Assembly: GCA_963705305.1 (NCBI GenBank)
Contig: OY970067.1
Coordinates: forward strand, 2,912,001 to 2,976,000
Source of the DNA: an uncultured Methylomirabilota bacterium
Lineage (GTDB): Bacteria; Methylomirabilota; Methylomirabilia; Methylomirabilales; 2-02-FULL-66-22
Reading direction: 5' to 3'
Length of the DNA stretch: 64,000 nucleotides
Under the pieces are notes generated by a model. That model was given only the letters and a program-made list of their open reading frames with translations. It was not told the origin of the DNA and made no database searches. Each line of letters opens with the position of its first letter. Within the stretch, counting starts at the first letter, position 1. A program made the position numbers and the translations under genes. Of the stretch, positions 29,916 to 43,418 are shown one piece after another.

Positions 29916-30808
29916 GGCTCCCGTCCTGGACAGGGGTTCGGCGCGGTACCGGAGGTCCCGCCGGCCTGCGCGGGGTGGCACGGCCAACAGCCGGCCTCGA
30001 CGGCAGTGAGGAAGTCCAGGAGTGTCCGGTTGAAGAGGTCGGGCTCCTCCAGATTGATGGTGTGTCCGGAATTCGGGAAGACGGCCAGCCCGGCCCCCGG
30101 GATCGTCCGCTTCAGGAAGAGGCTCGGCTCCAGGGCGGGCTCGTCTTCGTCCCCGACCAGGATCAGGGTCGGCACACGCAGCGCGGCAAGCTGCGGCTCG
30201 AGGTCGTACACGGAAGGCCGCCGGGCTTGGATCCCCAGCAGCGTGTGGGTGCGGCCGACCGGAGAGCCTGCCGCCAGCCAGTCGTGGAACTCCCGCCAGC
30301 CGTCCGGGTCCTTGCGCAGGAATTGCAGGCGGGCGGGCCCCTGTGCATACGCGTCGGCAACCCGGGCCATTCCGTCCTCCAGCAGGCGCTGGGCCACCCC
30401 TGCCATGGCCTCCCGGAACCCGGCGCGGTCGGCGCCGCTCCCGTAGCCGCAGCCGGCCACCGTCAAGGACAGGGCCCGCTCCGGGTAGGCCAGGCCGAAG
30501 AGCAGGGTGGTGAAGGATCCCATGGAGAGGCCGCAGATGTGCGCTGCGGGGATTGCCAGACAATCCAGGAGGCCCCGGAGGTCCTGTACGGCCAGCTCCT
30601 GCGAATATGCCGCCGGATCGTCCGGGACCGCCGAGGGAGGGTACCCCCGGGCGTTGTAGGCGACGGCGCGGAAGCGGCGGGCCAGGAAGCGGACCTGGGG
30701 CCGCCAGCTCCGGCAGTCGCCGCCGAATTCGTGGACAAACACCAGCGGGGGTCCGGCCCCCCATGTGTCGTAATAGAGCCCGAGACCGTTGATCGTGGCG
30801 TGCGGCAT
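29912..30808 (-). CDS. Alpha/beta hydrolase
   Basis: FVHEFGGD, YNARGYPPS, GLSMG nucleophile elbow, GDED, SGHTINLEEP. Confidence 0.9.
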   Translation of the reverse strand: MPHATINGLGLYYDTWGAGPPLVFVHEFGGDCRSWRPQVRFLARRFRAVAYNARGYPPSAVPDDPAAYSQELAVQDLRGLLDCLAIPAAHICGLSMGSFTTLLFGLAYPERALSLTVAGCGYGSGADRAGFREAMAGVAQRLLEDGMARVADAYAQGPARLQFLRKDPDGWREFHDWLAAGSPVGRTHTLLGIQARRPSVYDLEPQLAALRVPTLILVGDEDEPALEPSLFLKRTIPGAGLAVFPNSGHTINLEEPDLFNRTLLDFLTAVEAGCWPCHPAQAGGTSGTAPNPCPGREP

Positions 30809-31011
30809 GCTCGCTCCCGAAAAAGGCGGAAAGGCTGGAAACCTGCCGCGCCCCTGCCAGGCGCCGCTTCGGAAAGCCTCATAATACCAGCCTCCGCCGC
30901 GGGGGTGTCAACCCCAATCCGGCGGGGAATTGCATTGCTGCCCCTCTGGTTCGTCTGCTAAGATAAACGGGCTTTTAGGTCGTCCCAAACCGAAAGGACG
31001 GGCATTCCCGT

Positions 31012-33912
<2,901 letters not shown>

Positions 33913-33977
33913 GGGCCGCCAGGACGAGGCGGCCGGGCAACAGTGAAGGTGCCGGGGCCGTCATGGGAGGTCGGGTA

Positions 33978-34820
33978 GTGAGCGAGCGCGGATCGGCTGG
34001 CGGTATGGTCACGGTTGCGGGAATTCAGTTGGCGTGCGGCGCGGAGCGGGATGCCAACATCTCCAAGGCCATGGACCTGGCCCGCATCGCGGTCGAGCGG
34101 GGAGCCAAGATCGTCTGCTTCGCCGAGTGCTTTGCCTGGCCCTGGTTCCCCCGCAAGGCCGTGGAGGCGAACCGCGCCCTGGCAGAGCCGATCCCCGGCT
34201 CCCTGACGCGCGCCCTGCAGCTCTTGGCGGAATCGACTCAGGCGGTGGTGGTGGCTCCCATGTACGAGGCGGCCGAGGAGTCGGCCCGCTACAACACCAC
34301 CGCGGTCATCGACGCCGACGGCAGCCTCCTGGGGGTGTACCGGAAGAATCACATTCCCGACCTTCCCAACTATGAGGAGCGCTTCTACTTCCGGCCTGGG
34401 AACCTGGGGTTCCCGGTGTTCAAGACGCGGTACGCGACCATCGGGATCCAGACGTGCTGGGACAACTTCTTCCCGGAGGGCGCACGCGCCCTGGCCCTCA
34501 AGGGGGCCCAGATCATCCTCTGCCCGACGGCCTGTTCCACGGCCGGCGGCTCCGCCAAGTGGGAGCGGGCCATCGCCGGCCACGCGGTCTACAACTGCCT
34601 GTATGCCTTCCGCGTGAACCGGATCGGAACGGAAGAGTCGATGAGCTTCTATGGGCGGAGCTTCTGCGTGGATCCCAACGGGGATTTCGTCAGCGAGCCC
34701 GCCGGCCCCAACGAGGGGATCATCCTGGCGGACCTCGACCTGGGGTGGATCAAGCTGGTGCGGGACGACTGGACCTTCTTCAAGGACCGGCGACCGGGCA
34801 TCTACAAGGATCTGGTCTGA
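33978..34820 (+). CDS. Carbon-nitrogen hydrolase (N-carbamoylputrescine amidase / beta-ureidopropionase-like)
   Basis: E-K-C triad context: CFAE, YRKNHIP, YEERFYFRPG, TCWD; start uncertain. Confidence 0.88.
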   Translation: MSERGSAGGMVTVAGIQLACGAERDANISKAMDLARIAVERGAKIVCFAECFAWPWFPRKAVEANRALAEPIPGSLTRALQLLAESTQAVVVAPMYEAAEESARYNTTAVIDADGSLLGVYRKNHIPDLPNYEERFYFRPGNLGFPVFKTRYATIGIQTCWDNFFPEGARALALKGAQIILCPTACSTAGGSAKWERAIAGHAVYNCLYAFRVNRIGTEESMSFYGRSFCVDPNGDFVSEPAGPNEGIILADLDLGWIKLVRDDWTFFKDRRPGIYKDLV

Positions 34821-34911
34821 GGCGGGGCGTCGAGCGCCCTCCGGTCGAAGATGCACGCGGCCGGCTCCCGGGGGAGCCGGCCGCGTCGTGTGTGCCGGGC
34901 CGAAGCCCGGA

Positions 34912-35697
34912 TTATTTCTTCGCCGATCCCATGACCGTCGTGTAGGCGGCCTGCATGGCGTCCTGCAGCCAGGCCATGTCGCCACCCAGGCACATGAAGC
35001 GGCAGCCTCGCCCGATCCACTTCTTGGCGGAGTCCAGATCGTAGGTGTGCACGCCGCAGGGAATGTTCTTCTTTTGGCAAGCCTCCAGGATGTGGTCCAC
35101 CCGCTTGGATACCTCGGGGTGACCGATGTCCCCCGGAATGCCCAGCGTCTGGGACATGTCGTTCGGACCGATGAAGACGGCATCCACGCCGGGGACGTCG
35201 AGCATTGCCGCGACGTTGTCCGCCCCCTCCTTGGACTCGATCTGCAGGACGATCATGGTCTCCTGGTTCAGCTTGGGGGTCAGCTCGGACCCCTTGTACT
35301 TGCCCCAGGAGGTGTGGGCGTTGCGCAGAGACATCCCGCGCTGGCCCATGGGGTAGTACTTGGTCGAGTGGATGATGAACTCCACCTGCTCGCGGGTCTC
35401 GGTTTGGGGACAGAGCAGGCCGGTGGCGCCCAGGTCGAGGATCTGGTACATCCGCTGGGCCTCGCGGCTGTTGGGCACCCGGACGATGGTTGGAAGGTTG
35501 ACCCCGCGGGCGGCGATGCAGAAGTCCATCAGGCTGGGGGGCGTGAACGAGCCGTGCTCGGCATCCAGGAACACGTAATCCCAGCCGGCGTTCTTCATCA
35601 GGACGGCCACGGCGGGCTGATTCAGATGGGTGAGCATGGTGCCGAGGACTACGCCCCCGGCTTTCAGTGTCTTCTTCACTTGGTTGTCCAGGATCAT
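34912..35697 (-). CDS. HpcH/HpaI class II aldolase family protein
   Basis: DYVFLDAEH, IVRVP, LDLGA, LQIESKEG, FIGPNDMS. Confidence 0.92.
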   Translation of the reverse strand: MILDNQVKKTLKAGGVVLGTMLTHLNQPAVAVLMKNAGWDYVFLDAEHGSFTPPSLMDFCIAARGVNLPTIVRVPNSREAQRMYQILDLGATGLLCPQTETREQVEFIIHSTKYYPMGQRGMSLRNAHTSWGKYKGSELTPKLNQETMIVLQIESKEGADNVAAMLDVPGVDAVFIGPNDMSQTLGIPGDIGHPEVSKRVDHILEACQKKNIPCGVHTYDLDSAKKWIGRGCRFMCLGGDMAWLQDAMQAAYTTVMGSAKK

Positions 35698-35846
35698 CGC
35701 TTCCTCCGTGCCAAAGCGTGCGGCGTGATTGGTTGCGGTTCAGCGCGCGGAACGGGTGTGAGGGTAGCGCAGGTGGGCCAGAAGGCAAGCAAAAAGGGCC
35801 AGAGGTCCGAACCCCTGGCCCTTTCCCCCTCCCCGGTCCCGATGGG

Positions 35847-36122
35847 TCAGCCGCCCATCAGGATGGGGTGCAGCTCGACGACGTGGCCGTCCTTGGGCCT
35901 GAAGGTGAGGTACTCTCGCTCGCCGTTCACCGCAGCAAGGCCGAACTCGACCTCCGGCAGGCCGGCCAGGCGGATGAGATCGCGAACGGTCGCCTCCTGG
36001 GGCCCCCGGACTTCGATCAGATGCGAGGGAAGATTGTAGTAGCGCAGGAAGCTCCGGGGGATCTCCAGGAGCACAGTTTTCCCGGCGCGCTCATGCCCGT
36101 TGCCGTTTCCGCTCCCCTTCAC
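35847..36122 (-). CDS. MoaD/ThiS-like sulfur carrier
   Basis: AVNGE...ELHPILMGG C-terminus; GTGA overlap with AOR stop. Confidence 0.8.
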   Translation of the reverse strand: MKGSGNGNGHERAGKTVLLEIPRSFLRYYNLPSHLIEVRGPQEATVRDLIRLAGLPEVEFGLAAVNGEREYLTFRPKDGHVVELHPILMGG

Positions 36123-37993
36123 GTGAACACGACTTCCTTCTCGTCGGTCAGCTCCAAGGTGTGGAGCGTCTCCGGCGTCGGCAGTCCGTCGGGCGACCAG
36201 CCCCGGACCTCATAGTATTCGTCCAGCATCTTCTCGAACGCTTCGGGCGGGATGTTGGGCAGGTCCTCGCCCCGCTTCTGGAGGGTGAGGATGCGGTGAG
36301 GAAGCTGGTCGTCCTCGCGCGTCACGCCCAGCCGTGCATTGTAGAGCCGCTTCAGGGTGAAGATGCGGTCTCCCGCCTCCATCAGGTCTTCCCAGGTCCA
36401 CTTCCATCCCGTGATGAGGTTCAGGGCCTCGGTGACAGGCGTCGGACTCATGGCCCGCGCGTAGAATTTGCAGAGGCCGACCCCGTTGTAGACCGCCATC
36501 AGGCTGTGCATGCGGGCGGCCAGCAGGGCCTTCCCGTCGGTGACGCGGGGGCTCAGCTTGGCGTTGTAGCCGAACTCCGGCATGGGGACCCCGGTCTCCA
36601 CGATGAAGGGGAGCCCCTCCAGGTGGCAGGCGCCCCGCGCCCCGGTGGCGTAGTTCAACCCCATGGACCAGAAGGCCCGGGGATCGTGCATGGGAAACTC
36701 CAGGCCCTTCACCGTGACCGTAAGCTTCTCGGCCCCGCCCCCGATTTTTTTGGCCGCAGCCAGCGAACCGTCGGCCAACAGGTCCCCCAGGCCCTGGCGG
36801 TGCGCGATCTGCTCTACCAAGGTCAGGATGGCCTTGGCATCCCCCCAGGCGAGCTTCATCCCGCCGGTGTCCCGCTCACCGATGAGGCCCTGCTCGAAGG
36901 CCTCGATGGCGAAGGCGATGCTGTTCCCCGTGGAGATGGTATCGAGGCCGTAGCGGTTGCACAGCTCGTTGGCCCGGATGACGGAAGGCAGATCGTCGTT
37001 CAGCGACATGGCGCCGAACGCCCCCAGCGTCTCGTACTCGGGGTTGTGGCCGACGTTCATCCGGACCCCGTCGGGACCCTCCATCGTGACGTGTTGCCAG
37101 CAGTGGATGGGGCAGCCGGAGCAGGAGCTGGACTTGACCTCGTACTTCTGATGAATGGTCTTGCCGCTGATCTTGGCCGCGCCCTCCGGCCAGTGTCCTC
37201 CCCGGAAGTTCTGGATGGGGAGGCCGCCGCGCTCTTCGTGAACCTCGATGCCGCCGGAGGTGCCGTAGGTCGTAAAGAGGCCGAACTTGGGGGGCATCTC
37301 GACGGTCTTCTTGAAGGCCCAGCCCATGAGCCCACCCGGGTTGGCGACCGGCACGCCTCGGGTGCCGCGGACCACGACGGCCTTCAGGTTCTTGGCCCCC
37401 ATGACGGCGCCCAGGCCGGTGCGTCCGGCGGCACGGGCATGTTGGCCCTCCACCATGATGGAGGCGATCCGCACCAGGTTCTCGCCGGCCAGCCCGATGG
37501 CGGCCACCTTGGCCTTGGGATCCGTCTCTGCCAGCAAGAGATCGTTGGCGTCGTACGTGTCTTTTCCCCAGAGGTGCTCGGCGGGTCGGAGCTTGACGTG
37601 GTCGTCGCTGATCCAGAGATAGACCGGGCGCTTCGCCGCGCCCAGGATCACCAGGCCGTCGTAGCCGGTGAATCGGAACTCGGCGCCCCAGGTCCCGCCG
37701 ACGGTGGCCTCGCCCCAGATATTGGTGAGGGGAGAGCGGGAGATCACGGAGGTGCGTGTCCCCCCGGGGATGGTCGTCCCCGTGAACATCCCGGGCATGA
37801 AGATCAGCGGATTGCGGGGATGAAATGGGTCCAGCGGCGGGTTGCCCAGGTCCATGAGCAGCCGCGCTCCCAGGCCGCTTCCCATGAGGTACTTCTTGTA
37901 CAGGGCGTCCGGGAGCGTCCGTTTTTCTACCGTCCCGGAGGTGAGATCAACCAGGAGGATCTTGCCAGAATATCCCTTGCCTCGCATTGCCAT
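36119..37993 (-). CDS. Aldehyde:ferredoxin oxidoreductase (tungsten AOR family), second copy
   Basis: RSPLT, AAGRTGLGAVMGAKNLKA, CSGCPIHC, PEYET, GLDTIS, KGLEFPMHDPR, RGACH, YYEVRGW. Confidence 0.94.
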   Translation of the reverse strand: MAMRGKGYSGKILLVDLTSGTVEKRTLPDALYKKYLMGSGLGARLLMDLGNPPLDPFHPRNPLIFMPGMFTGTTIPGGTRTSVISRSPLTNIWGEATVGGTWGAEFRFTGYDGLVILGAAKRPVYLWISDDHVKLRPAEHLWGKDTYDANDLLLAETDPKAKVAAIGLAGENLVRIASIMVEGQHARAAGRTGLGAVMGAKNLKAVVVRGTRGVPVANPGGLMGWAFKKTVEMPPKFGLFTTYGTSGGIEVHEERGGLPIQNFRGGHWPEGAAKISGKTIHQKYEVKSSSCSGCPIHCWQHVTMEGPDGVRMNVGHNPEYETLGAFGAMSLNDDLPSVIRANELCNRYGLDTISTGNSIAFAIEAFEQGLIGERDTGGMKLAWGDAKAILTLVEQIAHRQGLGDLLADGSLAAAKKIGGGAEKLTVTVKGLEFPMHDPRAFWSMGLNYATGARGACHLEGLPFIVETGVPMPEFGYNAKLSPRVTDGKALLAARMHSLMAVYNGVGLCKFYARAMSPTPVTEALNLITGWKWTWEDLMEAGDRIFTLKRLYNARLGVTREDDQLPHRILTLQKRGEDLPNIPPEAFEKMLDEYYEVRGWSPDGLPTPETLHTLELTDEKEVVFT

Positions 37994-38335
37994 CCTCGAA
38001 CATCCGCGGCCGATTCGTTGAGTCAGAATACGCCATAAGGCACCGTTATCATCCTGTATCAAGCCGGATGGTTCAAGAGAAAATTCAAAGGCCAGATTAT
38101 GCTTGTAAATATTTGTATTTTCACAGCTAGGTCGAATGGAGATACCAGATTGAAGCCACCAAATATGCTGGCATATTGGTGAGATTTCGCAGACGCAAGG
38201 CTGCGGCATGAGTGTCAAGATTCCTCTGCCGCCATTGGAGGTTGACGAGGCGGGGGTGAAAGAGTAAAAAGCCAACAATTCCAAAAGAAGCAATGCGCGC
38301 CGGCTGCCATCCTCGGCCGGGCGGCGGGATCGCAC

Positions 38336-39151
38336 ATGTCTGGGAAATACGTGCACGGTTATTCGCCGACGGAGGGCGGACGCCTCATGGATCAGGCGTC
38401 CACCCTGGCGGAGCTCTTGCACTCGGACACCGCCTACCCGGCGGGAAGCCTGGTGCTGGAGGCGGGCTGTGGCGTCGGCGCCCAGACCGTCACGCTGGCC
38501 GCTTCCAGCCCGCATGCTGCCTTCGTCTCCGTGGACATTTCGGCGGACTCGCTGGCGCAGGCAGAATCCCGGCTGCGACAGGCGGGGCTGGACAACGTCA
38601 CCTTCCGGCAGGCCGACATCTTTGCCCTGCCCTTCGATGCTGCCCACTTCGATCACGTCTTCATCTGCTTTGTCCTGGAGCACCTGGCAAGCTCCAAGCG
38701 CGCGCTGGCGGAGATGATCCGGGTCCTGAAGCCCGGCGGAACGCTGACCGTGATCGAGGGGGACCACGGCTCGGCCTACTTCCATCCCCAGAGCGACTTC
38801 GCCCGGAAAGCCATCCAGTGCCTGGTGGATCTCCAGCGCGACGCGGGCGGTGATGCGCTCATAGGGCGCCGGCTGTATCCGCTGCTGGTCCAGGCCGGGT
38901 TCCGTGAGGTTCGCGTGTCGCCGCGAATGGTCTACGCCGACGCCAGCCGGCCGGCGATGGTGGATGGCTTCATTCGCAAGACCTTCGCGGCCATGGTGGA
39001 GGGAGTGGGGCAGCAGGCTATCCGCCAGGGGTTGATGGACGCGGCCTCTTGGGCACGGGGGATTCAGGACCTGTACCGGACGGCGGAGAACGACGGGACC
39101 TTCTGCTATACGTTCTTCAAAGCTATTGCACGGCGTCCGGAGGGTGCGTGA
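38336..39151 (+). CDS. Class I SAM-dependent methyltransferase
   Basis: VLEAGCGVG, SVDIS, FDHVFICFVLEHL, LKPGG. Confidence 0.92.
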   Translation: MSGKYVHGYSPTEGGRLMDQASTLAELLHSDTAYPAGSLVLEAGCGVGAQTVTLAASSPHAAFVSVDISADSLAQAESRLRQAGLDNVTFRQADIFALPFDAAHFDHVFICFVLEHLASSKRALAEMIRVLKPGGTLTVIEGDHGSAYFHPQSDFARKAIQCLVDLQRDAGGDALIGRRLYPLLVQAGFREVRVSPRMVYADASRPAMVDGFIRKTFAAMVEGVGQQAIRQGLMDAASWARGIQDLYRTAENDGTFCYTFFKAIARRPEGA

Positions 39152-39176
39152 CCCCGTCGATCCGGGGGGTCACGCG
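39147..39176 (+). terminator. Hairpin after methyltransferase
   Basis: GCGTGACCCC...GGGGTCACGC inverted repeat overlapping the stop; no U-tract. Confidence 0.35.
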
Positions 39177-39391
39177 ACGCCCGAAGCCTCACAGGTACCG
39201 GAACCGGGGCCTTTCTGCCGCATAACTGCCCTGCCTTCTCGGCGATCTTTCGGTCAACCCACAGACTCAGCCCGATTTCTGCCGCATTTGCTTGAACAAA
39301 TGGAAAATATGTGCACAATGCCTCCTACGATCCCCGCAGGGACGGGGAGGGAGGCGGGTCCAGCTAACAACGAAAGGCGGCGAGGTGGCAC

Positions 39392-39967
39392 ATGGAAGAG
39401 AAGAACACGATTGGCGACAAGCTGAAGGCGGTGCGCGCATCCCGGAGCCTGAACCAGGATCAGCTGGCGGAGCGCGCCGGTCTCCGGCTCGAGGTCGTGA
39501 GCGGAATCGAGTCGGGAGAGTTGGTTCCGTCCCTGGCCCCCCTGATCCGGATCGCCCGGGCCCTGGGGGTGCGGCTTGGCACCTTCCTGGATGACCGGGA
39601 AAACGTAGGTCCCGTGCTGGTGCGGGCCGGGGAAAAGCGCAAGGTCATGCACGTCTCGGACAAGAACCATCCCGGGCACAGCGACCTCGATTTCTTCTCA
39701 CTGGCGGCCGACAAGGCGGGCCGTCACATGGAGCCCTTCCTCATCGATATCTATCCCTCCTCGGCGCAGGAGGTCAAGATGTCAACCCACGAGGGGGAGG
39801 AGTTCATCTACGTCGTCGCCGGCCAGGTGGAGATCACTTACGGGACGGAGGTCCATCGCCTCTCGCCCGGCGATTCGGTCTACTATGACAGCATCGTCGC
39901 CCACAGTGTGCATTGCGCGGGGAGTCAGCCGGCGCAGATCCTGGCTGTCGTGTACGCCCCGTTCTGA
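39392..39967 (+). CDS. XRE HTH / cupin transcriptional regulator
   Basis: N-terminal HTH ([15 protein letters not shown]); cupin motifs [21 protein letters not shown]. Confidence 0.93.
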   Translation: MEEKNTIGDKLKAVRASRSLNQDQLAERAGLRLEVVSGIESGELVPSLAPLIRIARALGVRLGTFLDDRENVGPVLVRAGEKRKVMHVSDKNHPGHSDLDFFSLAADKAGRHMEPFLIDIYPSSAQEVKMSTHEGEEFIYVVAGQVEITYGTEVHRLSPGDSVYYDSIVAHSVHCAGSQPAQILAVVYAPF

Positions 39968-39984
39968 TTCCGAGAGGAGGCCGC

Positions 39985-41637
39985 ATGGAGTACATCACAG
40001 AGACGCTCGGTCAGGTCCTGGAGGCGCAGGTTGCCCGCCATCCCGAGAAGGAGTTCATGGTCTACGCCGACCGGGACCTGCGCTTCACGTACGCGGAGTT
40101 CGACCGCCGGGTGAACTCCATGGCCAAAGGCCTGCTGGCCATCGGCCTGCGAAAGGGGGACCATCTCGGCATCTGGGCCACCAACGTTCCCGACTGGCTC
40201 ACGCTGCTCTTCGCCACAGCCAAAATCGGCGTCGTCGCGGTCACCGTGAACACCGCGTACCGGCTCCATGAGATCGACTATCTGGTAAAGCAGTCGGACA
40301 TCAAGGCCCTCTGCCTCGTTGACGGATTCCGCGACAGCGATTACGTGGCCATGATCAACGAGCTGGTGCCCGAGCTGAAATCTTGCGAGCGGGGCCGGCT
40401 GGTCAGCGCGCGCTTCCCCAATCTGAAGAGTGTGATCTTCGTCGGTCCCGAGAAGCACCGGGGAATGTACAACACCCAAGAGCTCTTGCTCCTGGGTGCC
40501 CACACGCCCGACGAGGCGGTGGCGCGGGCCTCGGCGGACCTCTCCTGCGACGAGGTGATCAACATGCAGTACACCTCGGGCACCACGGGCTTCCCGAAGG
40601 GCGTGATGCTCACGCACCATAACATCCTGAACAACGGGTTCCACATCGGGGAGCGGCAGAAGCTCACCGAGGCCGATCGCCTCTGCCTGTCCGTCCCCCT
40701 GTTCCACTGCTTCGGGCTGGTGCTGGGGGTCATGGCCGTCCTCACCCACGGGGCCACCCTGGTGATCCTGGAAAGCTTCGACCCGCTGCTGGCCCTGGCC
40801 TCCGTGCAGAAAGAGCGATGCACGGCACTTTACGGCGTGCCGACCATGTTCATCGCCGAGCTGAACCACCCCATGTTCAAGATGTTCGACCTCTCCACGT
40901 TGCGGACCGGCATCATGGCCGGCTCTCCCTGCCCGATGGAGATCATGAAGCGGGTGATCTCGGACATGCGCTGCCGCGACATCACCATCGCCTACGGTCT
41001 CACCGAGGGCTCGCCGGTGATGACCCAGACCTCCACCGATGACCCCATCGAGATGCGGGTCTCGACGGTGGGGCAGCGGCTACCGGGGATCGAGGTGCGG
41101 ATCGTGAATCCGGAGACCCACACGGAGGTGCCGCCGGGGACGCAGGGGGAGGTGGTCTGCCGGGGCTACAACGTGATGAAGGGCTACTACCATTTGCCCG
41201 AGGCCACCGCCCAGGCCATCGACGCGGACGGGTGGCTGCACTCCGGGGATCTGGGCACCATGGACGAGAACGGGTACTTCAAGATCACGGGCCGGATCAA
41301 GGACATGATCATCCGGGGCGGCGAGAACATCTCGCCTCGCGAGATCGAGGAGTTCCTCCTCCAGCTGGACGGCATCCGGGACATCCAGATCGCCGGGATC
41401 GCCAGTCCCAAGTACGGCGAGGAGGTCGGCGCCTTCATCATCAAGAGGGAGGGCGCCACGATCACCGAGGAGGACGTACGGGATTTCTGCCGGGGCCAGA
41501 TCGCCAATTTCAAGATCCCCCGCTACGTGTTCTTCGTGGACGGGTACCCGATGACGGCCAGCGGCAAGGTCCAGAAATACAAGCTCAGGGAGCTGGGCCT
41601 GGAGCTGCTCAAGGCGCAGGGGGTCGAGCCGGCCTAG
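39985..41637 (+). CDS. AMP-dependent acyl-CoA synthetase
   Basis: [44 protein letters not shown]; usual partner of the upstream XRE-cupin regulator. Confidence 0.95.
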   Translation: MEYITETLGQVLEAQVARHPEKEFMVYADRDLRFTYAEFDRRVNSMAKGLLAIGLRKGDHLGIWATNVPDWLTLLFATAKIGVVAVTVNTAYRLHEIDYLVKQSDIKALCLVDGFRDSDYVAMINELVPELKSCERGRLVSARFPNLKSVIFVGPEKHRGMYNTQELLLLGAHTPDEAVARASADLSCDEVINMQYTSGTTGFPKGVMLTHHNILNNGFHIGERQKLTEADRLCLSVPLFHCFGLVLGVMAVLTHGATLVILESFDPLLALASVQKERCTALYGVPTMFIAELNHPMFKMFDLSTLRTGIMAGSPCPMEIMKRVISDMRCRDITIAYGLTEGSPVMTQTSTDDPIEMRVSTVGQRLPGIEVRIVNPETHTEVPPGTQGEVVCRGYNVMKGYYHLPEATAQAIDADGWLHSGDLGTMDENGYFKITGRIKDMIIRGGENISPREIEEFLLQLDGIRDIQIAGIASPKYGEEVGAFIIKREGATITEEDVRDFCRGQIANFKIPRYVFFVDGYPMTASGKVQKYKLRELGLELLKAQGVEPA

Positions 41638-41708
41638 TGCGGGGCCACGCGGCCGTCCGGCACTGGACGGTTGTCCCGCCTGTGCGCACCGGGGGTGGAG
41701 GCGGCAAG

Positions 41709-42074
41709 ATGAACAAGCTGCAGGAGATCGCGCGGCGGCGGAAAGAGGCGCACGCGAAGCTGGTGGCGCTGAAGTCGCCCGTGTACCAGGCGTTCCTGGC
41801 GATGGAGCAGGCGGCCTTTACGGATGGGGCGCTGCCCAAGAAGACCAAGGAGCTGATCGCGGCCGGGATCTCGGTCGTCCTGGACTGCGAATCCTGCATG
41901 CAGTGGCACATCGAGCAGGCGGCCCGGGCCGGGGCGAGCTTCCGGGAGGTCCTGGAGGCGGTCGAGGTGGGCATCGAGATGGGCGGCGGCCCGGCCACCG
42001 TCTCCGCCCGGTTCGCCCTCGAGGTCATGGAGGAGACCTTCCCAAACACTTCACCGCCAAGCTGCCAAGAATAA
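41709..42074 (+). CDS. Carboxymuconolactone decarboxylase / AhpD-like protein
   Basis: DGALPKKTKELIA, CESCMQWH; GGAGG RBS. Confidence 0.88.
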   Translation: MNKLQEIARRRKEAHAKLVALKSPVYQAFLAMEQAAFTDGALPKKTKELIAAGISVVLDCESCMQWHIEQAARAGASFREVLEAVEVGIEMGGGPATVSARFALEVMEETFPNTSPPSCQE

Positions 42075-42113
42075 CGGGGAAGGTCTGCCTGCCTGCAGGT
42101 CAACACGCCAATC

Positions 42114-43255
42114 ATGCAGCACCTCAAAGCCGCCGGGGGGGTTGCTGTGTCAAGAACGTGGAAGCCGGAAACCGTCAACCTGCTGACGGTCTGCCTGGCC
42201 GGGCTCTTCGCTATTTTCATCATGCTGCGCTGCACGGCAGCAGCCTCGGCCGCAAGCGCCGCAGTACCCCAACCCCTGTTCAATGTCGGCTACCAGATTC
42301 TCGATCTCAAGTATCCAAAGGACGGACAGGTGCAGGCGCTCACCGTGGCCGTATGGTACCCGACCACGGCGCAGCCGAAACCGTACACCTACGCGGGGCC
42401 GACGACGCGCAGCGTCGCGGTCGGGGGGGGGCACCCGACGCCGGCAACAGCCCCTATCCTCTCCTGGTCTTTTCCCACGGCTATGGAGGAAGCGGCCTCA
42501 GCGCGGTGTTTTTCACGGAAGCCCTCGCCGCGCACGGCTGGGTCGTGGCCTGCCCGGATCATCACGACGAGTATTCGGCGGCCCGCATCCGGACCGGCCC
42601 GCAGAAGAACTTCGACCGCCTGGGCTTCCTGCGGGGCGCCAGGGAGATAACGAATTCGGGTCCCGGCGACCGAGGGAAGTACCTCTACCGACTGGACGAG
42701 ATGAGCCTTGTCCTGAACAGCATGCTGACCTCCGCCTCCTTCGGGAAACTCATCGACGGCGATCGAATAGCCGTCGGGGGTCACTCGCTGGGAGGATTCA
42801 CCGCACTGGGCTTGAGCGGAACCATTCCGGACCGGCGAGATCCCCGCATCAAGGCCGTCTTGTTGTTCTCGACAGGAGCCGGTGGATACCTGTTCAGGGA
42901 GGACGAGCTTGCGGGCGTGCGCATTCCATCCATGCTGTTCATGGGGGAAAGGGAAGAGCGCCAATCGCGCGGTTCCGGGACGATGGTGGAGCTTTCGACC
43001 AGGATTTTCGTGAAGGTATCGCCGCCGAAGTACTTCCTTGAAGTCAAAGGGGCCAGCCATTTCTCGTTCAACAACCGCTTTACGGACAACCGCATGGCGA
43101 GACTGCTGAGCGGCACCGAGGTGCAGTTTCGGGTGATTCGAAGATACTCGATTGCTTTCTTGGAGAAATATGTTGCCGGAAGGCAAGACTCCGGGCACGT
43201 GCTGGAGCACAGCGACCCAATGCTGACGCGGTATCTCGCGATACCCGGATCGTGA
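42114..43255 (+). pseudogene. Exported alpha/beta hydrolase (dienelactone hydrolase / PAF-acetylhydrolase-like), frameshifted at a G9 tract
   Basis: AVWYP in one frame, then PYPLLVFSHG, GHSLGG, GASHFSF in another; break at G9 42423-42431; could be a homopolymer error. Confidence 0.75.
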
Positions 43256-43317
43256 ACACGCTCCAAGGCTCTCCGTGCCGGACATCGCAAAAATGTCGGG
43301 ATAACGGAGCGATCAGA

Positions 43318-43346
43318 AGTCCACTGAGTCAACAACGTCCCCCAAA
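43318..43346 (+). repeat. 29-bp dispersed repeat, copy A
   Basis: AGTCCACTGAGTCAACAACGTCCCCCAAA; 28/29 identical to 45726-45754. Confidence 0.85.
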
Positions 43347-43418
43347 ACGAGGGAAATGGCTCGGTCTACGCGTACCTGAACTTCGCCTGTTGAAGAGACG
43401 CGGGAAATCTGATACACC

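Noticed and set aside
29916..30764. 605-aa carbamate kinase fusion
   Set aside because: The upstream part is an alternative frame of the hydrolase gene; the kinase starts at GTG 29915.
37994..38785. Long N-terminal extension of AOR-2 (888-aa ORF)
   Set aside because: It runs through an AT-rich intergenic region and antisense to the methyltransferase; AOR homology begins at MAMRGKGYSGK (37993).
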